A stretch of 64,000 nucleotides of DNA from Parcubacteria group bacterium. Lineage in GTDB: Bacteria; Patescibacteriota; Minisyncoccia; Moranbacterales; GCA-2747515. The notes under the pieces are model-generated. The model saw only the letters and a list, made by a program, of their open reading frames with translations, searched no databases and was not told where the DNA came from. The translations under genes were made by a program, and so were the position numbers. The stretch spans positions 240,768 to 304,767 of the forward strand of contig JBAZXC010000002.1 in the NCBI GenBank assembly GCA_041660065.1. The letters run 5' to 3'. Below are positions 21,557-31,339 of this stretch, in pieces. The first letter of the stretch is position 1. Each line of letters opens with the position of its first letter.

Positions 21557-21626
21557 TGCTTTAAAATTTGCAGAAAACATGCTACATTTGCACTGTGTGT
21601 TAATAGGTGTTTTGCAACACCAAAAG
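21557..21626 (+). repeat. 5' flank element A, copy 2
   Basis: 67/70 identical to 18443-18512. Confidence 0.85.
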
Positions 21627-21735
21627 TTCGCGTAACATACAAATTTTGGCTTTTATACGATTGAAGTTCACTTAATAACCAGTTATGAAAAATAATTTTG
21701 GCCACAATTTTTTATTTTTTTAATTCAATACATTT

Positions 21736-22953
21736 ATGTTAAAGATAGCTCTGTTCGGTTGTGGAGGTTTTGCTAAAAATCACATTAAGGAGCTGTCAAA
21801 GCGAGACGATGTAATTGTGCAATATTTTATAGACCCATCAGCTGAAAATAGAAATTCCTTGGGAAATATTTATAATACTGAAAAAGACATCGTTCCATCA
21901 GGATTTGATAGTTTGGATGAATTTCTTTCTTCCAACCCAGAATTTGACGCGGCTATTATCGTTTCTCCGCCAAAAACACATTTTGAAATAGCCTCAGCTA
22001 TAATAAAAATGGGGAAATCAGTTTATGTTGAGAAGCCATTTACAGTCGATACAGAAGAAGCAAAAAAGCTTTGTCGGCAGGCAAAAGAAAAAAATGTTGA
22101 AATTGAGATTGGCGCTAATAGATGCGTGTTTCCAGCTTACAGAGCAGCGGCCAAAGCATTACGAGAAGGAAGAATTGGAGATTATAAGGCAGTATCTATG
22201 TATTATAGACATAACTGGGAAGGAAACACACAAAATAATTGGAGGCAAAACTCTTCTGAGCCAGCTGCCGGACTTCTCGCCGACCATAGCCCCCATTACA
22301 GTCATTTTCTATTTACTGACTTAGGATTTAGGCCTAACGAAATTAGACACATGGGAACTAGATTTAATGAGCATGGAGTCGATGTTGACATTTGTTATGG
22401 AATGATGGATGAAGCTGGAAGAGCTGCTTATGTTGTTATGGATGGATCACCTTCCGATGATCACAGAGAAGAAGTGATTAAAATTTATGGAAGTGAAGGA
22501 ATTATTAAAATAAGATTTGAAGGCAAATCCAGTAGCGCCTATATCGAAAAGGATGGCAAGGAGGAAAAAATTGAGATTGATAGCGCTCTTGAAGAAATAA
22601 AATCATTGGGAATAAAGGATTTTAAAAGCCATCCTGCCTTGATACATAATTTCGTTGCCTTATTAAATGGCGAGGTGCAAAAAAATGCAAATCCAGGCAG
22701 AGAAGGAATTATGCCAATTTATTTAACAGAATTAGTTGAGAAATCAAGAGGAAAAACGAAAGAAGATTCATTATCAAAAGAAGAATTACAAGAACTTTCC
22801 GAACAAGTTAATGATAATGGCGAATTGGATATCGAAAAAATGAAAGAGTTTTTTAATAGAGGCAAAGAGATGAAAGTCGATAGCAGTATTATTGGAAATG
22901 AGTCGCAAGAAAATACAACACGAAATGAAATAAATAGAAGATTTTTAAGATAA
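21736..22953 (+). CDS. Gfo/Idh/MocA-family NAD(P)-dependent oxidoreductase
   Basis: IALFGCGGFA, VYVEKPF, GLLADHSPH. Confidence 0.9.
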   Translation: MLKIALFGCGGFAKNHIKELSKRDDVIVQYFIDPSAENRNSLGNIYNTEKDIVPSGFDSLDEFLSSNPEFDAAIIVSPPKTHFEIASAIIKMGKSVYVEKPFTVDTEEAKKLCRQAKEKNVEIEIGANRCVFPAYRAAAKALREGRIGDYKAVSMYYRHNWEGNTQNNWRQNSSEPAAGLLADHSPHYSHFLFTDLGFRPNEIRHMGTRFNEHGVDVDICYGMMDEAGRAAYVVMDGSPSDDHREEVIKIYGSEGIIKIRFEGKSSSAYIEKDGKEEKIEIDSALEEIKSLGIKDFKSHPALIHNFVALLNGEVQKNANPGREGIMPIYLTELVEKSRGKTKEDSLSKEELQELSEQVNDNGELDIEKMKEFFNRGKEMKVDSSIIGNESQENTTRNEINRRFLR

Positions 22954-23025
22954 ATAGGTTATAAAAAATTGTGGCCAAAATTACATCCGATAACACCAAG
23001 TATCTGGCTCCTCTAAAAAACAATT

Positions 23026-23892
23026 ATGAATTTTGAAATCAAAAATACGGCAGAAGTTCCAAAGGATGTTGAGACTGAAAAAAAGAAACTGTTCGCTCAG
23101 ACAACGGTCTACATCAATGCTGGCGGAAGAGGAACGCGGTTAGAATCAATTTTTCCAAAAGGTCCATCAGGTGTGACCAAAGCCCTCATTGATTTTAATG
23201 GCAAGCCAATGGTCAAAAATCACACAGACCTTTTGTCTGAATTGGGTTTTAAAAATATTATTGTCGGCGCCGGTGATCATTTGGATATCAAAGAATACTA
23301 TGCCGGACAAGAAAATGAAAGACTACGGGTTGCAAACACAGAAACGCAAGAAGACACTGGCGGTGATTTGATCAAGGCTATACGCGAAACGGAAAATAAT
23401 GGAAAAAATGTCCTCGTCGAAAATGTTGATACCGTGTTGTATGTAAAAAATTTAGTGGATCTGTTGGCGCAACACGAAAAATCAGATGCCACTGCGACAA
23501 TTGTATTAACCACAAAAAAAGGTGTCCCAAATGAAGAAGCTTTTTTTGTTGATAAAAATGGCAGGGTGATTTTTAGCAGAGAAGCAAGACAAGAGCATGC
23601 TTTGGTGGAACCAGAACAATGGACGGGCTTTAAGGCAAGCAGTACCGGCACCGTCATTTTTAAAACAGATTTTTTGCGATCATACGATTGGCAACCGGGA
23701 CAAGAGCCGTTATCAGCGTACAGAGATCTGATCCCTGAATTGATCAAGCGAGGAGAATTGTTTGCTTATAATAATGAAAATAATCTTTTTACAGACACCG
23801 GCACACCAGAAAAATATCATCAAATCAAAAGACATGAAAAAAAATTATTCGGGGCATTGGAAAAAAAGTACCTAGATCAAGATAAAAAATAA
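23026..23892 (+). CDS. Sugar-phosphate nucleotidyltransferase
   Basis: NAGGRGTRL...KALIDFNGKP, DTGG, FTDTGTPEKY. Confidence 0.88.
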   Translation: MNFEIKNTAEVPKDVETEKKKLFAQTTVYINAGGRGTRLESIFPKGPSGVTKALIDFNGKPMVKNHTDLLSELGFKNIIVGAGDHLDIKEYYAGQENERLRVANTETQEDTGGDLIKAIRETENNGKNVLVENVDTVLYVKNLVDLLAQHEKSDATATIVLTTKKGVPNEEAFFVDKNGRVIFSREARQEHALVEPEQWTGFKASSTGTVIFKTDFLRSYDWQPGQEPLSAYRDLIPELIKRGELFAYNNENNLFTDTGTPEKYHQIKRHEKKLFGALEKKYLDQDKK

Positions 23893-23896
23893 AGTT

Positions 23897-24433
23897 ATGG
23901 CAAACAAAATCAAAAAATGGGAAGAGCTTTCACGTGAAATTGTTTTTCAAAAGTATAGTCGAAAAATTGAAAAGGTTGTTTTTCGCATGCCTGATGGGAA
24001 AGAAAACGAATTTTATATCAAAAAAGAAGGACCCTCTGTAGGAATATTGGCATTAACCAAAAACAACGAGGCTATTTTAGTAAAACAATTTCGCCCAGGG
24101 CCAAATGAGATTTTAAATGAATTGCCTGGCGGTTATGTGGACAAAGACGAAACCCCGGAACAAGCTGCCGAAAGAGAATTGCTTGAAGAAACAGGCTACA
24201 GAGGCAAGGCCACATTAGTTACGGAAGCTTTTGATTGTGCATATTCAACCATGCGACGTTATTGCGTTGTCGTGACTGAATGCGAAAAAGTTACTGAACA
24301 AAAATTAGATCAGACTGAATTTATGGAAGTGATATTATCTTCATTGGAAGATTTTAAGATTATGTTGCGAACTGGAAAAAATACAGATATTGAAATTGGA
24401 TTTTTAGGACTCGACTATTTGAAATTATTATAA
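23897..24433 (+). CDS. NUDIX hydrolase (ADP-ribose pyrophosphatase-like)
   Basis: Nudix box GGYVDKDETPEQAAERELLEETGY. Confidence 0.92.
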   Translation: MANKIKKWEELSREIVFQKYSRKIEKVVFRMPDGKENEFYIKKEGPSVGILALTKNNEAILVKQFRPGPNEILNELPGGYVDKDETPEQAAERELLEETGYRGKATLVTEAFDCAYSTMRRYCVVVTECEKVTEQKLDQTEFMEVILSSLEDFKIMLRTGKNTDIEIGFLGLDYLKLL

Positions 24434-24459
24434 AAATCACACTTTGTAAAAGACTTCAT

Positions 24460-24548
24460 CAGGAGCAGGTTTGTAACCTGCTCCTTCATTTTTTATAAAA
24501 AAAGAAAAACTCTCCTGCACGTGTCAATGGAGAATTTAAATAAAAAAA
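24460..24548 (+). repeat. 3' flank element B, copy 2
   Basis: Matches 21450-21535. Confidence 0.85.
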
Positions 24549-24599
24549 GCGTCAAGGAATATTGTTTCCTTGACGCTTGATGCAGGACCGACCTTTGAA

Positions 24600-24809
24600 T
24601 CACCGTTCAAACTCCTCAATGGCTCTTTTGACAGTGTACTGAGCGCTGAGATTATTGATTATCACAATTTTATCCAAATATGCACTTGCAAATTGAAACA
24701 TGTGATGTATATCAGGAATGACCGTGTCCATCGTAACTTCTTTCTCGTCAACCCCCAGTTGTCTTGCTGTAGATTTTATCACATAATCCACCACCGTTGT
24801 ATTACTCAT
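24600..24809 (-). CDS. Small protein with weak acyl-carrier-protein resemblance
   Basis: AAGGAGG SD; ARQLGVDEKEVTMDT resembles the ACP helix I/loop, but there is no DSL serine. Confidence 0.6.
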   Translation of the reverse strand: MSNTTVVDYVIKSTARQLGVDEKEVTMDTVIPDIHHMFQFASAYLDKIVIINNLSAQYTVKRAIEEFER

Positions 24810-24957
24810 TGACATCCTCCTTTTTGATAAAATACATTTCATTTAACAGAAATTCAGAGATCGTACATGATTTCAACACTATCATCCTGTAAAAAGAACT
24901 TCCAGATAGTATACATCGTTTCAGCAAGAGGTCAACAACACATTTCAGCGAATTCTT

Positions 24958-26478
24958 CTATTTCGGGCGATATTGCAATGCTTCGGCGATGTGTTTGACT
25001 GTGATATTTTCCTCTCCTTCCAAGTCCGCGATCGTGCGGGCGAGTTTGATCATGCGGTAGTATGCACGAGCGCTGAGGTCCAGTCTTTCTGCCGCGTCAC
25101 GCAAAAGTTTTTTAGACGGTGCGTCTAGCACACAGTGCTTTTTAAGCATGCGTTGATCCATTTCTGCATTGATAGCACCTGTTGTCGCAAATCGCTTGTG
25201 TTGCATCAATCGTGCACGCTCCACGCGTTTTCTGATATGCGTGCTTTCTTCACTGTAGTCTTCCCCGTCCAACTTATTGACCGCGATACGTGGCACGTCC
25301 ACATGCATATCGATGCGATCCAGGATCGGCCCGGAGATCTTTTGTGTATAACGGATCACTTGTGACGGCGTGCATGTACATTCTTTTTGTGGATCAGTCG
25401 CAAATCCGCACGGGCACGGATTCATCGCCGCCACGAGGATAAAATTTGCCGGAAACGTAACGGATGATTTGGCACGTGCGATCGTCACGATGCCATCTTC
25501 CAATGGCTGACGCAAATTTTCCAGTACGGCACGCGGAAATTCAGCAAACTCATCGAGAAAAAGCACCCCGCGATGCGCCAGCGTGATCTCTCCCGGCTTG
25601 GGATTTGTGCCACCACCGATGAGCGATACTGCTGACGAACTGTGATGCGGCGAACGAAACTGCCTCAATGTGATCAATTGTTGATTGCCGGAAAGCAATC
25701 CTGCTATAGAATAAATCTTTGTAATATCGAGAATTTCTTTTTTTGACAAGCGTGGCAGGATCGTGACAAATGTCTTGGCAAGCAACGTCTTGCCGGAGCC
25801 AGGTGGTCCGTGAAAGATCACATTATGTCCACCGGCGGCGGCAATTTCCAATGCGCGTTTTGCATGTTCGTGTCCTTTGATATATTTGAAATCATATGAA
25901 CCGATCACTGTCTCATCATCACTGACGTCGACATCAACTCTCTGTGCCGGAGCAATGATTTCCCGTCCACTCAAATGCATCACCAACTGACGCAGATCAT
26001 GCACAGGGATCACATCGATCCCGTCCACAGCTGTTGCTTCTTGTACGTTTTTTTCCGGCACATAAATCTCCGCAAAGCCTTGATCTTTGGCAAAAATCGT
26101 GATCGGCAACACACCATTGATCGCACGCACACTACCGTCCAATGCCAATTCACCGATAAACATTTTATTGTCTGTATTGCACACAAGCTGTCCTGTCGCA
26201 GACAAAAACCCGATCGCAATCGGCACATCATAGATTGGACTGGATTTTTGCAGATCGGCCGGTGCCAGATTGACCGTAATGCGACCACACTGGTGGGGTG
26301 GCTTGAAACCGCTATTTTTTACCGCACTGGATACGCGATCACGAGACTCTTTGACTGCTGTGTCTGGCAGTCCCACGAGAGTAAAGTTATGCAATCCACT
26401 GCTAAGCACGTCCACTTCGATCTCCACGATCGCTCCCGCAAGTCCGATCGTTGCTGCAGAAATAATTTTTGATGGCAT
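24958..26478 (-). CDS. comM: ComM/YifB Mg-chelatase-like AAA+ ATPase
   Basis: VGLPDTAVKESRDRV, GPPGSGKT, LAHRGVLFLDEF, AAMNPCPCG. Confidence 0.93.
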   Translation of the reverse strand: MPSKIISAATIGLAGAIVEIEVDVLSSGLHNFTLVGLPDTAVKESRDRVSSAVKNSGFKPPHQCGRITVNLAPADLQKSSPIYDVPIAIGFLSATGQLVCNTDNKMFIGELALDGSVRAINGVLPITIFAKDQGFAEIYVPEKNVQEATAVDGIDVIPVHDLRQLVMHLSGREIIAPAQRVDVDVSDDETVIGSYDFKYIKGHEHAKRALEIAAAGGHNVIFHGPPGSGKTLLAKTFVTILPRLSKKEILDITKIYSIAGLLSGNQQLITLRQFRSPHHSSSAVSLIGGGTNPKPGEITLAHRGVLFLDEFAEFPRAVLENLRQPLEDGIVTIARAKSSVTFPANFILVAAMNPCPCGFATDPQKECTCTPSQVIRYTQKISGPILDRIDMHVDVPRIAVNKLDGEDYSEESTHIRKRVERARLMQHKRFATTGAINAEMDQRMLKKHCVLDAPSKKLLRDAAERLDLSARAYYRMIKLARTIADLEGEENITVKHIAEALQYRPK

Positions 26479-26546
26479 GAGCAAAATGTAAACAAATTAC
26501 ACAAACATAGTTTTCTATCATATTGCGGAGCCCGGCAAAAGTCAAT

Positions 26547-26957
26547 TTATGACTTTCGCATCGTCTGCCAAAGCAAGAAACCTGCGCCAACAGTTATAAG
26601 CGCATCCGCAAAGTTAAAAGAAGAAATATTCAAAAACGGCATATAATCGATCACACAACCATATCGTATGCGATCGATCACATTGCCGATTGCCCCCGCA
26701 AAAATAAGGACGAATGCTATTTGTATGATAAATCGTGCCTTCATCATTGTGCGCCAGTACATGCTCAAAGCAACAATGATGACTAGCCACAAAATAATAA
26801 AAAAGATTTGGGGGAGTTGCACACTAAAAGCTACTCCTCGATTGCACAAATACGCCACACGTCCGACAACAAACACTTTGATCACTTGATCCACAATGAC
26901 CAAAAAAAACAAAACACCGATCCCGCAGAAAAAACTGCGAAATCGATGCCATTGCAT
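26547..26957 (-). CDS. lspA: Lipoprotein signal peptidase II
   Basis: DQVIK, NRGVAFS, GAIGNVIDR...VIDY, FNFAD. Confidence 0.9.
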   Translation of the reverse strand: MQWHRFRSFFCGIGVLFFLVIVDQVIKVFVVGRVAYLCNRGVAFSVQLPQIFFIILWLVIIVALSMYWRTMMKARFIIQIAFVLIFAGAIGNVIDRIRYGCVIDYMPFLNISSFNFADALITVGAGFLLWQTMRKS

Positions 26958-26967
26958 TTCTCGTATC

Positions 26968-27321
26968 TTATGCGCGAACATTTGTGCGTGCTGCAGGATA
27001 AGCTTTCAATCGATCGAGATTGATCTCTTCTCCTGTTTCTTCATCGGTGCCGTACGTGCCTTTTTCCATTTTTTCCAACGCATCAATCACATCCTTCAAT
27101 TGTGTTTCCAGAGATTGTTCCACTGCGAGATTATCTACATACTGCTCTACTTCTGTGGCATTTTCTTCATCATGCTCGCCCAAATTCTCAGAAAAAGTCG
27201 TCTCGTAGTCTCCTTTCTCATTTTGCTTTTTTCCCAGCCGTGCCAATTCACCATCCAATTGCGCTTTTTCTGCAATCAGCATTTCTTTCAATTCTTGCAT
27301 CGTTTTATCATCAATTGCCAT
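26968..27321 (-). CDS. DksA/TraR-family protein without zinc-binding cysteines
   Basis: Coiled coil followed by ALEKMEKGTYGTDEETGEEINLDRLKAYPAA. Confidence 0.85.
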   Translation of the reverse strand: MAIDDKTMQELKEMLIAEKAQLDGELARLGKKQNEKGDYETTFSENLGEHDEENATEVEQYVDNLAVEQSLETQLKDVIDALEKMEKGTYGTDEETGEEINLDRLKAYPAARTNVRA

Positions 27322-27456
27322 ATTTCTTTAGTTTAAAGTTTAAAGTTTATAAAGTTTCAGCCAACAGCTGATTTGACTTTGACGGAAAAAGTATATCATT
27401 CCTTTCCGTTTTTAACCCCATAACACATGTAGTGTATCAAATCAAAGAAAAACTGT

Positions 27457-27858
27457 CTAGAAATAGATATTTTTTATGTGTGTAACATTATGCACTTTTC
27501 CATCTTTGATGATCACAGAGATCGCATCCATACGCCAATTTTTTTGCCACAGATCAAAAGATTTGACATAACATTCTGCCACACGTTGCATTTTGCGTAA
27601 TTTGCTTTGCGTGATTTGCTCTTCGGGCAAAACGAAATCTTGTACATGATCCACGACACGCGTTTTTACCTCCACAAAAACGATCTCGCCATCTTTTGCC
27701 TGCGCCACAATGTCGATCTCGCCCAATCTTTTCCCTTTGAAGTTATACCAATTTTTATGCAAAATTTTGTATCCCTGTTTTTTGAGATATTTTACAGCAA
27801 GATCCTCACCCAGTGTACCCACAGATTTTTTTTCCTTTCTCCACAAAAACATCACCAT
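27457..27858 (-). CDS. yraN: YraN-family nuclease
   Basis: GEDLAVKYL, GEIDIVA, IVFVEVKTR. Confidence 0.92.
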   Translation of the reverse strand: MVMFLWRKEKKSVGTLGEDLAVKYLKKQGYKILHKNWYNFKGKRLGEIDIVAQAKDGEIVFVEVKTRVVDHVQDFVLPEEQITQSKLRKMQRVAECYVKSFDLWQKNWRMDAISVIIKDGKVHNVTHIKNIYF

Positions 27859-27881
27859 TTACCTTTTAGAAAATCACCATC

Positions 27882-28226
27882 TCACAGTAATTCTTGCCAT
27901 TCATCAGGATCTTCTCTGCGACATATATAATATTCTCGTTGCAAATATGCCAGGTCTTCTTTTGCCCCATTCAATATTTTGTCGCTCACATTCTTTTCGT
28001 CTTTTTGTGCCAAATCGATCATGATGGCCAATGTAGTAAAATAATTGTCCAATCTCACACACACATCCACATCCCGCTTTCTCCTTCTGGCAATCTCTTC
28101 GCTATCAGAGAATTCAACAGCACAATCGCGGACAAACATTTCCGCAAAGAATGACGGCACGCCTATTGCATCGCGACTGATTACACTACAATCACATATC
28201 TTATAGGGAAGAACCTGCTTTTTCAT
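27882..28226 (-). CDS. Hypothetical protein
   Basis: 114-aa ORF filling the gap between radC and yraN on the same strand. Confidence 0.7.
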   Translation of the reverse strand: MKKQVLPYKICDCSVISRDAIGVPSFFAEMFVRDCAVEFSDSEEIARRRKRDVDVCVRLDNYFTTLAIMIDLAQKDEKNVSDKILNGAKEDLAYLQREYYICRREDPDEWQELL

Positions 28227-28240
28227 ATTATTATTTATTA

Positions 28241-28963
28241 CTATTTAATGATCTTATAAGAATCTTTTGCAATGATGATGTGATCCAATAATTCTATGCC
28301 CAAAATTTTTCCCGCCTCCACCAGCTGTTTTGTAATAGCAATATCGCTTTCTGACGGCGTTGGATCACCGGACGGATGATTGTGCGCAACAATGACTGCC
28401 GCGGCAGAATACTCGATCGCCGGCTTAAAAACCTCCCGCGGATGCACAACATTTGCTGTTAAACTACCGACAGAAATAGTTTCATCATGGATCACTTTGA
28501 AATGGCTATTGAGATAAATGCCCCGAAAGTGTTCTTTGGGCAAACGTCCGATCTCCTTCAGATATTCAAATGCTTCTTTCGCTGTGCGAATTTGCGCCAA
28601 TCCATTTTCATTTTTTTGAAAAAAGCGCCTGCCCAATTCAAACGTAGCAACGATCTGACACGCTTTTGCCAATGGAATGTCTAGACCACCGTTGATCTTT
28701 TTTGGATTTTTGTTGTTGGCAAGTGTCTTTTCTCCATATTCTTTTAAGATTCTTTCCGACATTACAAAAACCTCTTCCTTTTTTGTCCCTGTCCCCAAAA
28801 CAACAGCCAACAACTCCACACATGAAAGCGCCTCGACGCCATCGCTTAATAATTTTTCACGTGGCTTATCCTCCGGCAACATGTCTCTGATCTTGAGAAC
28901 ATATTTTTTTTCCTGAGAATCTTCCATGATCATATCCTGATCTTTTAGTGTGTATTTTTTCAT
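28241..28963 (-). CDS. radC: RadC-family JAB-domain protein
   Basis: KPREKL, VHPREVF, AHNHPSGDPTPSESD, LLDHII. Confidence 0.94.
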   Translation of the reverse strand: MKKYTLKDQDMIMEDSQEKKYVLKIRDMLPEDKPREKLLSDGVEALSCVELLAVVLGTGTKKEEVFVMSERILKEYGEKTLANNKNPKKINGGLDIPLAKACQIVATFELGRRFFQKNENGLAQIRTAKEAFEYLKEIGRLPKEHFRGIYLNSHFKVIHDETISVGSLTANVVHPREVFKPAIEYSAAAVIVAHNHPSGDPTPSESDIAITKQLVEAGKILGIELLDHIIIAKDSYKIIK

Positions 28964-29098
28964 CAAAAAATTTTATTTTAAAATAGGCGCATTCATTTTA
29001 ACAATCAAACTATCCCCAGTCAATTATTCGTTCATATTGCGTTAATGTTTCTCGCCACATTATTTTTCAAACAAAAAAATACGTGAATTATTTCATTA

Positions 29099-29890
29099 TC
29101 AATGGTCATCAGCGACGTGATGTACATCCTCCGCGTTGACCCACAAACCAGAAAACATGGCGGCCATTGTTTCGTGTATTTCACGCGAATGAATAAGCAC
29201 TGCTGAAATATTTTTCATAGATGATATGAACGCAACTTTATCATCAAATATGATAATCACCGATTGAAATTTGCCATGCATGATCTTTGGGAGGTAGCGC
29301 GGATTCCTGTCGTGAACGTCCTCAAGTGTCAATGCCTGTGCATCTGGCGTATGTTCCCAAAGTGATCGTGCTTTGATGCGGTTTTCTTTTCGCGTTTTAA
29401 TATAATAACGGGCATAATTACTATCAAATTCACTGAAAAAATTTTTCTTTGGTGCAATAATGCTCCATTCTCGACTGCGACAATACAGCGCTTCTTCTAC
29501 AACCAGCTTAATACCTTCACTGCCTTCAAAATGGGATACTGTGAAATCCTCTTCCTTTTGTTTGCTACGATCCATCAAAAGCGGAATGATCGTGTCAACT
29601 TCTTTTTTCTTTTCTTGTAACAATTTGATCTCTCGATCAAGAAATTTTTTGATATTCTCAGGAGATGTCATAGTGAACAACAATTTTGCACCTGTACCGC
29701 TCTCACGTTTTGACACCAATCCTTTTTGAGTCAAGGTATCGAGCGCATGATAGATCGTCGTTCGATTGATCCGTGTTGTTTTTTCCAACTCTTTCACACT
29801 GATTGTTTCATAAGAGAGTCCAACAAGATAAATATCAATTTCTGTATCAGTAAGACCCATTTCATGAAGAATATTTTTAATTTGAGACAT
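29099..29890 (-). CDS. TrmB-family transcriptional regulator
   Basis: GLTDTEIDIY...INRTTIYHALDTL wHTH; FEGSEGI; IFDDKVAF. Confidence 0.88.
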   Translation of the reverse strand: MSQIKNILHEMGLTDTEIDIYLVGLSYETISVKELEKTTRINRTTIYHALDTLTQKGLVSKRESGTGAKLLFTMTSPENIKKFLDREIKLLQEKKKEVDTIIPLLMDRSKQKEEDFTVSHFEGSEGIKLVVEEALYCRSREWSIIAPKKNFFSEFDSNYARYYIKTRKENRIKARSLWEHTPDAQALTLEDVHDRNPRYLPKIMHGKFQSVIIIFDDKVAFISSMKNISAVLIHSREIHETMAAMFSGLWVNAEDVHHVADDH

Positions 29891-30119
29891 ATTATTAAAA
29901 ATTTCACTTATGCATCAATTATAGCCATATTTACATTAGTGTCAACATATCATTGTATGTCATTATCCTTTATTACTCTAGTATTTTTATATTGTCATTT
30001 TTTTGTTATAAACACTTATTGACGATTTATCCCCATCTTCTATGATGATATTGTCATTTGGTACATTAACAATTTGTATAAAAACCAACGTGTCATCAAT
30101 CAAAAAAGGAGATTCTGCT

Positions 30120-30776
30120 ATGAAAATACTCATTACTGCCGGCAATACTCTCGTACCTATTGATCGCGTGCGTGCAATAACCAACATCTTCAAAGGAAGA
30201 ACGGGTGCTGCAATTGCAAATTTCTGTTCTCGTTCGGGAGCAAATGTCACACTGGTCACATCAAATCCGGACATTGTTCCTGTTGTCCCTACTGTGACGA
30301 TCATTCCATACAAAACATACGCCGATCTCGCTGAGATCATGCAACAACAGATCATGCATGGGTCATACGATGCTATCATCCACTCGGCTGCGGTAAGTGA
30401 TTATTCTGTAAGTGGCATATGCATAAAAGACGCAAATGGACAGCTGGTAAAAATCGATGCTACACAAAAAGTATCATCAAAACATGCTGAGCTCTATATG
30501 GAACTTTCACCCACGGAAAAACTCATTGATAAAATCAGATCTGACTGGGAATTTTCCAGGATGCTCATTAAATTCAAACTGGAAGTGGGACGATCCTATG
30601 ATGAATTAATTGCTATCGCTTTGGCAAGTGTTCGATCGTCCAATGCTGATCTCATTGTTGCAAATTGTTTGGAATGGTGTGATCGATCAGCAATGATCAT
30701 TTATGCGGATGGCGCATATATAGAAGTCGATCGCCATAAGCTACCGGAAGAATTGTGGAGGAGGATAAAGAGATGA
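30120..30776 (+). CDS. CoaB-like phosphopantothenate-cysteine ligase domain protein
   Basis: ILITAGNT...IDRVRAITNIFKGRTG, HSAAVSDY, KFKLE. Confidence 0.85.
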   Translation: MKILITAGNTLVPIDRVRAITNIFKGRTGAAIANFCSRSGANVTLVTSNPDIVPVVPTVTIIPYKTYADLAEIMQQQIMHGSYDAIIHSAAVSDYSVSGICIKDANGQLVKIDATQKVSSKHAELYMELSPTEKLIDKIRSDWEFSRMLIKFKLEVGRSYDELIAIALASVRSSNADLIVANCLEWCDRSAMIIYADGAYIEVDRHKLPEELWRRIKR

Positions 30777-31339
30777 AAAAAATTCTACTAGGTGTGACGG
30801 GTAGCGTTGCCGCAAAATTAACGCCAAAACTCGTGAATCTTCTTGAAACATCGCGTTATGAGGTGAGAGTTGTTGCTACTGAATGGTCCCTTTACTTTTG
30901 GGATCCAAAAACTGTAACTGTCCCTGTTTTTCGTGAAGCAGATGAATGGTCGGGTTTCAGTTATATAAAAGACCAACCCATTTTACACATTGATTTGTGC
31001 AATTGGGCTGATGTATTTTTGATTGCACCACTAACTGCTAACACGCTCGCTAAAATGGCGTGTGGCATATGTGACAATCTCATCACATCCGTGATAAGAG
31101 CATGGCCACTGGAAAAATCATTGGCGGTAGCGCCGTCCATGAACACACACATGTGGTTAAAACCCTTAACAAATCGCCACGTCGCAAATCTGGTGAATGA
31201 CTACCATGCAGAAATCATCTATCCGATTGAGAAACAGTTGGCGTGTGGTGAATATGGCATAGGTGCTATGGCCGAATTATCAACGATTATGGCAACATTG
31301 GAGCAAATAATCGTCAAAACTCATGGAGGCTTATCATGA
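30773..31339 (+). CDS. CoaC-like (HFCD) flavoprotein decarboxylase
   Basis: ILLGVTGSVAA, HIDL, IAPLTANTLAK, APSMNTHMW, LACGEYGIG. Confidence 0.9.
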   Translation: MKKILLGVTGSVAAKLTPKLVNLLETSRYEVRVVATEWSLYFWDPKTVTVPVFREADEWSGFSYIKDQPILHIDLCNWADVFLIAPLTANTLAKMACGICDNLITSVIRAWPLEKSLAVAPSMNTHMWLKPLTNRHVANLVNDYHAEIIYPIEKQLACGEYGIGAMAELSTIMATLEQIIVKTHGGLS

